Shown piece by piece: positions 59,539-64,000 of a DNA stretch of 64,000 bases. The DNA lies in contig CAXXNF010000002.1 of NCBI GenBank assembly GCA_963666365.2, positions 2,016,001 through 2,080,000 of the forward strand. Reading direction: 5' to 3'. The stretch comes from Syntrophales bacterium (lineage in GTDB: Bacteria > Desulfobacterota > Syntrophia > Syntrophales > UBA2210). The translations under genes and the position numbers were made by a program. Every line of letters begins with the position of its first letter. Position 1 is the stretch's first letter. The notes beneath the pieces were generated by a model, which saw only the letters and a list, made by a program, of their open reading frames with translations, had not been told where the DNA came from and ran no database searches.

Positions 59539-61206
59539 CTATCCCTCGCTGCGCTTTTTAGCTATCTCCTCTTCCCTCAACGCTTTCCTCAATATCTTGC
59601 CGACAGCCGACTCCGGAAGGCTTTCGCGAAATTCGACAATTTTAGGTACCTTGTAGGCAACCAGTTTTTCTTTGCAAAAGGCAACTATCTCTTCTTCCGA
59701 AATCATCTCGCCATCTTTGGGAACAATAAATGCTTTGACTGTTTCGCCTCGATACTCATCGGGGATGCCTACCGCCACGGCGTCCTTTACTTTCGGATGG
59801 CGGTGCAGGATTTCATCGATTTCCCGGGGATAGATATTGTAGCCGCCTGCGATAATCATATCTTTCTTTCGATCCACGATATACACATACCCGTCTTCGT
59901 CTCTGACCGCCACATCTCCCGTATGGAGCCACCCGTCTCGTATTTGTTTTTCCGTCTCTTCGCTGTTATTCCAAAAGCCTTTCGTCACATTGGGCCCGCG
60001 AAACAGTATCTCTCCCGGCTCGCCATCGGGCACGTCCTCGGCGCCTTCCTCAAGATCCACCAGACGAGCATCCATACCGGGCGCCGGAATACCCACACTC
60101 CCTGGTTTCCTCGGGCCAATGATGGGAGTCGTATGACCCATCGCGGCCGTTTCCGTCATACCGGCGCCTTCCAGGAAGTATAAGCCCATATCATCTATCT
60201 TCTCTATCAACGATACCGGCAGAGGCGCCCCTCCCGAAGCGAGAATACCGATTTTCTTTCCCAACTGCAATTCACCGGCCCGCCTGTGATTGAGAATGGC
60301 GGTGATCATCGTGGGCACGGCCGGAAAGTACGTAATTTCATTGAATCGGGAAATAATGTCCATGGTTTCGTCTACCTGGAATCGTGGAACCAAGATTTGC
60401 GTGTGCGCCCCAAAGATCGACATAACCAATACCAGGTTTCCAAATACATGAAACAGGGGAAGGCTGAGGAACGTGCTGCGTTTTTCAATGGGAACGTATT
60501 GGGTGATCGGCGTTATCCAGAGGGCAAATTGAAGTGTCGCAGCCACTATGTTGCCGTGTGTAAGAATTGCGCCTTTCGGCACCCCCGTCGTTCCACCCGT
60601 AAATTGGATCACCGCGGGATCTTCGGATGACACCATTACCCGTGGACGAATTTCTTTATTGGATTCCTGAAGCAACTGCATGAAATCATACCAGTCTTTT
60701 TCTGAATCATAGGAACCCTTACGTCCCTCTTTGCCCCAGGAAACATCGTTTATATCGGTGATAATGACCCTCATGCCGGGTATATCAGTACATAGCTTTG
60801 TGACGTTGGAAAGCGCGGTATCGACCGTAATAAGCGTTTTCAGACCCGTCGTGAGCACTATCTCCTTCATTTCGTCGACGGTGTACAGCGGATTGATATT
60901 CACCACGATCGCACCCAGTGAAAGCGTCGCGAAATAGGCGATGATATAATGAGGGGACGTGGGAAGGTGAATCCCTACCCGTGATCCCTGCCGTACCCCC
61001 TTTTGTGCCAGCACCCCGGCAAATCGAAATACCAGTCTGCGCAGCTCCCAGAAGGTTGTTTTATGCTCGCCGAATATGAAAGCCGCCTTGTCGGGGCAGG
61101 CGTTTGCAGGGATCTGCAAAAGGTCGTGAACGGCAATACGGGGAATTCGAATGGAAGCAGGTACACAATAATCGTAATGACGATACCATGGTCTTTCATA
61201 ACTCAT
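59539..61206 (-). CDS. Long-chain-fatty-acid--CoA ligase, paralogue of 45721-47397
   Basis: RPW.RHYDY.VPA, FTGGTTGVPKG, GMTET, DRKKDMIIAGGYNIYP. Confidence 0.92.
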   Translation of the reverse strand: MSYERPWYRHYDYCVPASIRIPRIAVHDLLQIPANACPDKAAFIFGEHKTTFWELRRLVFRFAGVLAQKGVRQGSRVGIHLPTSPHYIIAYFATLSLGAIVVNINPLYTVDEMKEIVLTTGLKTLITVDTALSNVTKLCTDIPGMRVIITDINDVSWGKEGRKGSYDSEKDWYDFMQLLQESNKEIRPRVMVSSEDPAVIQFTGGTTGVPKGAILTHGNIVAATLQFALWITPITQYVPIEKRSTFLSLPLFHVFGNLVLVMSIFGAHTQILVPRFQVDETMDIISRFNEITYFPAVPTMITAILNHRRAGELQLGKKIGILASGGAPLPVSLIEKIDDMGLYFLEGAGMTETAAMGHTTPIIGPRKPGSVGIPAPGMDARLVDLEEGAEDVPDGEPGEILFRGPNVTKGFWNNSEETEKQIRDGWLHTGDVAVRDEDGYVYIVDRKKDMIIAGGYNIYPREIDEILHRHPKVKDAVAVGIPDEYRGETVKAFIVPKDGEMISEEEIVAFCKEKLVAYKVPKIVEFRESLPESAVGKILRKALREEEIAKKRSEG

Positions 61207-61607
61207 ATCACAATTGCTCCTTAAAAAATCGTCTATCCCCGCACTACAACATATTGCACGTGAGCCTATTTAGTGAAATAATTCCTTCTCCGTTGCGAAT
61301 GCGGGAATGTAAAGGTTATTAATGGAAATTATTCGAAAAAATAAATTTTCTCGATTTATTTCGTGGACATGGTAGATTGAAAAATAGATAAATGAAATAA
61401 TAATATATTTATTATACATTCAGTATAATATTTAATAACTTTTCAGATTTTAATTCGGTTTGGAATGACAAGCTTTTTCAGGGTGAGATTTATCCTCATT
61501 AGGTTTTCAATGACCTTGCCTGGAAATGAAGAGGATGTAAGTGAAAAAACCTTGGTGAGCAGAGGCGGTAAGGATGGGATTATTTTTTGCTAATCCAAAT
61601 AAATACC

Positions 61608-61636
61608 TTGACATTCTCCCGCGCATACGATAGGGT
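61608..61636 (+). promoter_or_regulatory. sigma70 promoter of csp
   Basis: TTGACA-17 nt-TAGGGT. Confidence 0.55.
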
Positions 61637-61679
61637 CCGAAATGAAAGTAGGATAGAGACATTATGAAGTGCGATAACC

Positions 61680-61718
61680 AGCCGCCATGTCCTTACTGAA
61701 CGCATGGCGGCTTTTTTT
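61680..61718 (+). terminator. Intrinsic terminator within the csp 5' leader
   Basis: AGCCGCCATG-loop-CATGGCGGC plus T7. Confidence 0.75.
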
Positions 61719-61775
61719 ATGTCTTTCACGATGGCAATCCGACTTTGAAATATGCAAGAAAGGAGGATACCAGCG

Positions 61776-61976
61776 ATGTCAGAAGGAACAGTAAAATGGT
61801 TCAACGAGCGAAAAGGTTTCGGGTTCATTGAAATGGACGGCGGGAACGATATTTTCGTTCATCACAGCGCGATCAGAGCCGAGGGGTTCAGAACCCTGAA
61901 CGAGGGTCAGCGCGTGCGTTTCGATATCCAGCAGGGCCAGAAGGGTCCGGCTGCCGATAACGTCACAACCCTGTAA
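61776..61976 (+). CDS. Cold-shock protein
   Basis: [38 protein letters not shown]. Confidence 0.95.
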   Translation: MSEGTVKWFNERKGFGFIEMDGGNDIFVHHSAIRAEGFRTLNEGQRVRFDIQQGQKGPAADNVTTL

Positions 61977-62069
61977 AAAAAGCCTAAATGAGCCCCCGAC
62001 GCAACCGGCAATCAGCCGGCTGTGCCGGGGGTATCGTTTTTCAGGTTCATCTATCTCATGTCACCGAGC

Positions 62070-63281
62070 CTATCCCATGGGATAATAGCCGTTGGCCACC
62101 TCGATACGGCCCAACTGGCCGCCGCCCTCCCAGATTTGTATAATTTTGAAGTCCCTGAGATATTTCTCCACGTGGTATTCCTTGATGTAGCCGTAGGCGC
62201 CCATCAGTTCCATGCCTTTGTTGCAGACCATTTCCGTCACATCGCAGGCGTAGACCTTGGACCCCGTCGCCTTTCCCATGAGGTAGCTGTCGCCGGGATC
62301 GCCGAATTCATCGCGCTTGTCGAACATGGAGGCAACGCTTAAATAATAGGCCCGGGCGCTCTCTATCCCCATGGCCATGTCAGCGATCATGGCCGCCTGC
62401 AGCGTGTGCTCCCTCACCGATTTCCCTTTGTAGAAGCGATTCGCCGTATAGTCGATGACACTTTCCAGCACGGCCTGGGCATTGCCTATGGCGAAACCGG
62501 ATGAACTGAGGCGCCCCCAGGACAAGGCCCCCCGAAAGAGACGCCAGTCCTCGCCGGGTCCCGCCGCACGGTATTCTTTGGGTACCCGCACATTATCAAA
62601 ATAGATATCGGCATTGACATCGCTGAATCTCATACCCAGCTTGTTTTCCGGCTTGCCGAAGGTCAGGCCGGGGAGCCCGTCGGGCACATAGATGAGTGCA
62701 ACCCCCTCTTCTCCCAATTCGGGATCGGTGGTGCAGAGCACGCCGTAAATTTCGGCGATGCCGGCGCCGCCGGGCCACCGTTTCGCTCCGTTTATCACCC
62801 ATTCGTCGCCATCGAGTTTGGCCGTGGTCCGCAATGACATGCCGTGCTGCGTGGGATCCTCGCCGTTGCATCCCCCGCCCGTTTCAGTCAGGGCAAAGCA
62901 GGCGGTGTGCCGTTCGTCGGAACAGAAAGGCGCCATGAATTTTTCGAGGACTGTCTTATTGCGCCCCCTCATGGCAGGACCGAAGAGCCATTCCGGACAG
63001 GTCATTTCCGTGGCGATGCCGGAATCGCCGCGGGCAAGTTCCTCGCAGACCGCGCAGTACTCGGCTGCAGAGCCTATGGGCACCCCCCCGTACTTGGGAG
63101 AAAGGCCGTATTTCTGCATCCCCAGATCGACCAGTTTTTTGATCACTTTTTCGCAGGCCTCACGGCTCTCGTCAAGCTCGAGTCTGACCGGCATGATTTC
63201 CTTGTCGACAAAATTTCTCACATTCTGCAGCAAGGTTTTGCTCTCATCACTGATAAACGTCCCGTACCGTTTCATAGGCAT
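62070..63281 (-). CDS. Acyl-CoA dehydrogenase
   Basis: CEELARGD, FALTE, WVING.K.W, ENKLGMR, GAYGY.KEY.VEKYLRD.KI.QIWEG. Confidence 0.92.
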   Translation of the reverse strand: MPMKRYGTFISDESKTLLQNVRNFVDKEIMPVRLELDESREACEKVIKKLVDLGMQKYGLSPKYGGVPIGSAAEYCAVCEELARGDSGIATEMTCPEWLFGPAMRGRNKTVLEKFMAPFCSDERHTACFALTETGGGCNGEDPTQHGMSLRTTAKLDGDEWVINGAKRWPGGAGIAEIYGVLCTTDPELGEEGVALIYVPDGLPGLTFGKPENKLGMRFSDVNADIYFDNVRVPKEYRAAGPGEDWRLFRGALSWGRLSSSGFAIGNAQAVLESVIDYTANRFYKGKSVREHTLQAAMIADMAMGIESARAYYLSVASMFDKRDEFGDPGDSYLMGKATGSKVYACDVTEMVCNKGMELMGAYGYIKEYHVEKYLRDFKIIQIWEGGGQLGRIEVANGYYPMG

Positions 63282-63565
63282 TCCCTCCTTCTGTTTGTAT
63301 ATACTATGAATATTCGGGGTGTCCTCTTGTAAACCTGAATACCTGGTACGTAGGGAGCAGGGCCAGGTTATTGTTCGGCAAGGAGAAAGAACAGAGGTTA
63401 ATATTTTTCAACTATAGGAAGCAACCGTCAACCTGTCAAGGATATTGAAAAGTATGGCCGAATTTTCTTTCCACAGGGACGAGCATACAAATATATTGAC
63501 AAACAAAACTCGATACGCGAAGAATGTTTCGCAACAGAAATAAATGGAAGGAATAGCACCATTCA

Positions 63566-64000
63566 ATGTTTCGGGAAAAGTATCAATCCAAACTGAAAAC
63601 CATAGGCGCCGTTGCCATCCCCTCCAGATATAAAGGCCCGCCGGACATCGCCAACGGCGGGTATGTCTGCAGTCTCTTTGCCGAATACATCGACGGCGTC
63701 ATCGACGTCATGATCAAACGCCCCACGCCGCTTGACCGGGAACTGCACATGTGCACAGACGGCGATGGAGTTCATTATCTGATGGACGGCGATCAGATGA
63801 TCATACAGGCCAGGCCGGGCGTCCTGGATCTCCCGGCGCCGAATGCCCCGGGGTATAAAGAAGCCCTCCGGGCCTCAAAAACGTCCCTTGCGCTGAAACC
63901 GACACCTTATGCCCACGTGACCGGACGCGGTATCCATCCCATCTGTTTTTGCTGTGGCGCCGATGTGCCGGATGGGGAAGGCCTCAAGATTCACCCCGGC
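63566..64000 (+). CDS. Hotdog-fold-like protein, 3' truncated at the window edge
   Basis: Open frame from ATG 63566: IPSRYKGPPDIANGGY...KRPTPLD...HPICFCCG...GLKI; missing from the ORF track because it has no stop. Confidence 0.65.
   Translation, partial: MFREKYQSKLKTIGAVAIPSRYKGPPDIANGGYVCSLFAEYIDGVIDVMIKRPTPLDRELHMCTDGDGVHYLMDGDQMIIQARPGVLDLPAPNAPGYKEALRASKTSLALKPTPYAHVTGRGIHPICFCCGADVPDGEGLKIHPG

Overview
Chromosomal window from a moderately GC-rich anaerobic bacterium. The gene content suggests a syntrophic or sulfate-reducing Desulfobacterota (Syntrophales-like); this is an inference. Contents in order: DUF364, mobB, greA; an ORP/Mrp-type Fe-S cluster locus behind a sigma54-like promoter; a long-chain acyl-CoA ligase; a branched-chain amino acid locus (ilvB-ilvN, ilvB-ilvN-ilvC-ilvD); PBP1A, tatC, tatA; HDAC-gatCAB-mtnA-HAD; an oxidative-stress cluster (flavin reductase-rubredoxin, ferritin-like protein, desulfoferrodoxin, two exported redoxins, TIGR02757, rubrerythrin, K+ channel); beta-oxidation genes; a Liv-type ABC transporter with acyl-CoA ligase, CoA-transferase and Nudix; rlmD, traB, rhomboid, an SfsA/GIY-YIG fusion; an AT-richer PAS-LuxR/binding protein/ligase module; csp; acyl-CoA dehydrogenase. 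Two results stand out. (1) A hidden IscU/NifU-type scaffold gene (6644-7096) has an in-frame TGA at its first conserved Cys, followed by a SECIS-like hairpin, so it is a probable selenoprotein missed by the ORF track. (2) The two acetohydroxyacid synthases appear to divide labour. One has a Val/Leu-codon leader-peptide attenuator, lacks the ketobutyrate-specificity Trp and has a normal Val-sensitive small subunit. The other has an Ile-codon attenuator, keeps the Trp and has a natural G14D-equivalent (Val-resistance) small subunit. No rRNA, tRNA, CRISPR array or transposase was recognised. All calls come from motif reading, not database searches.
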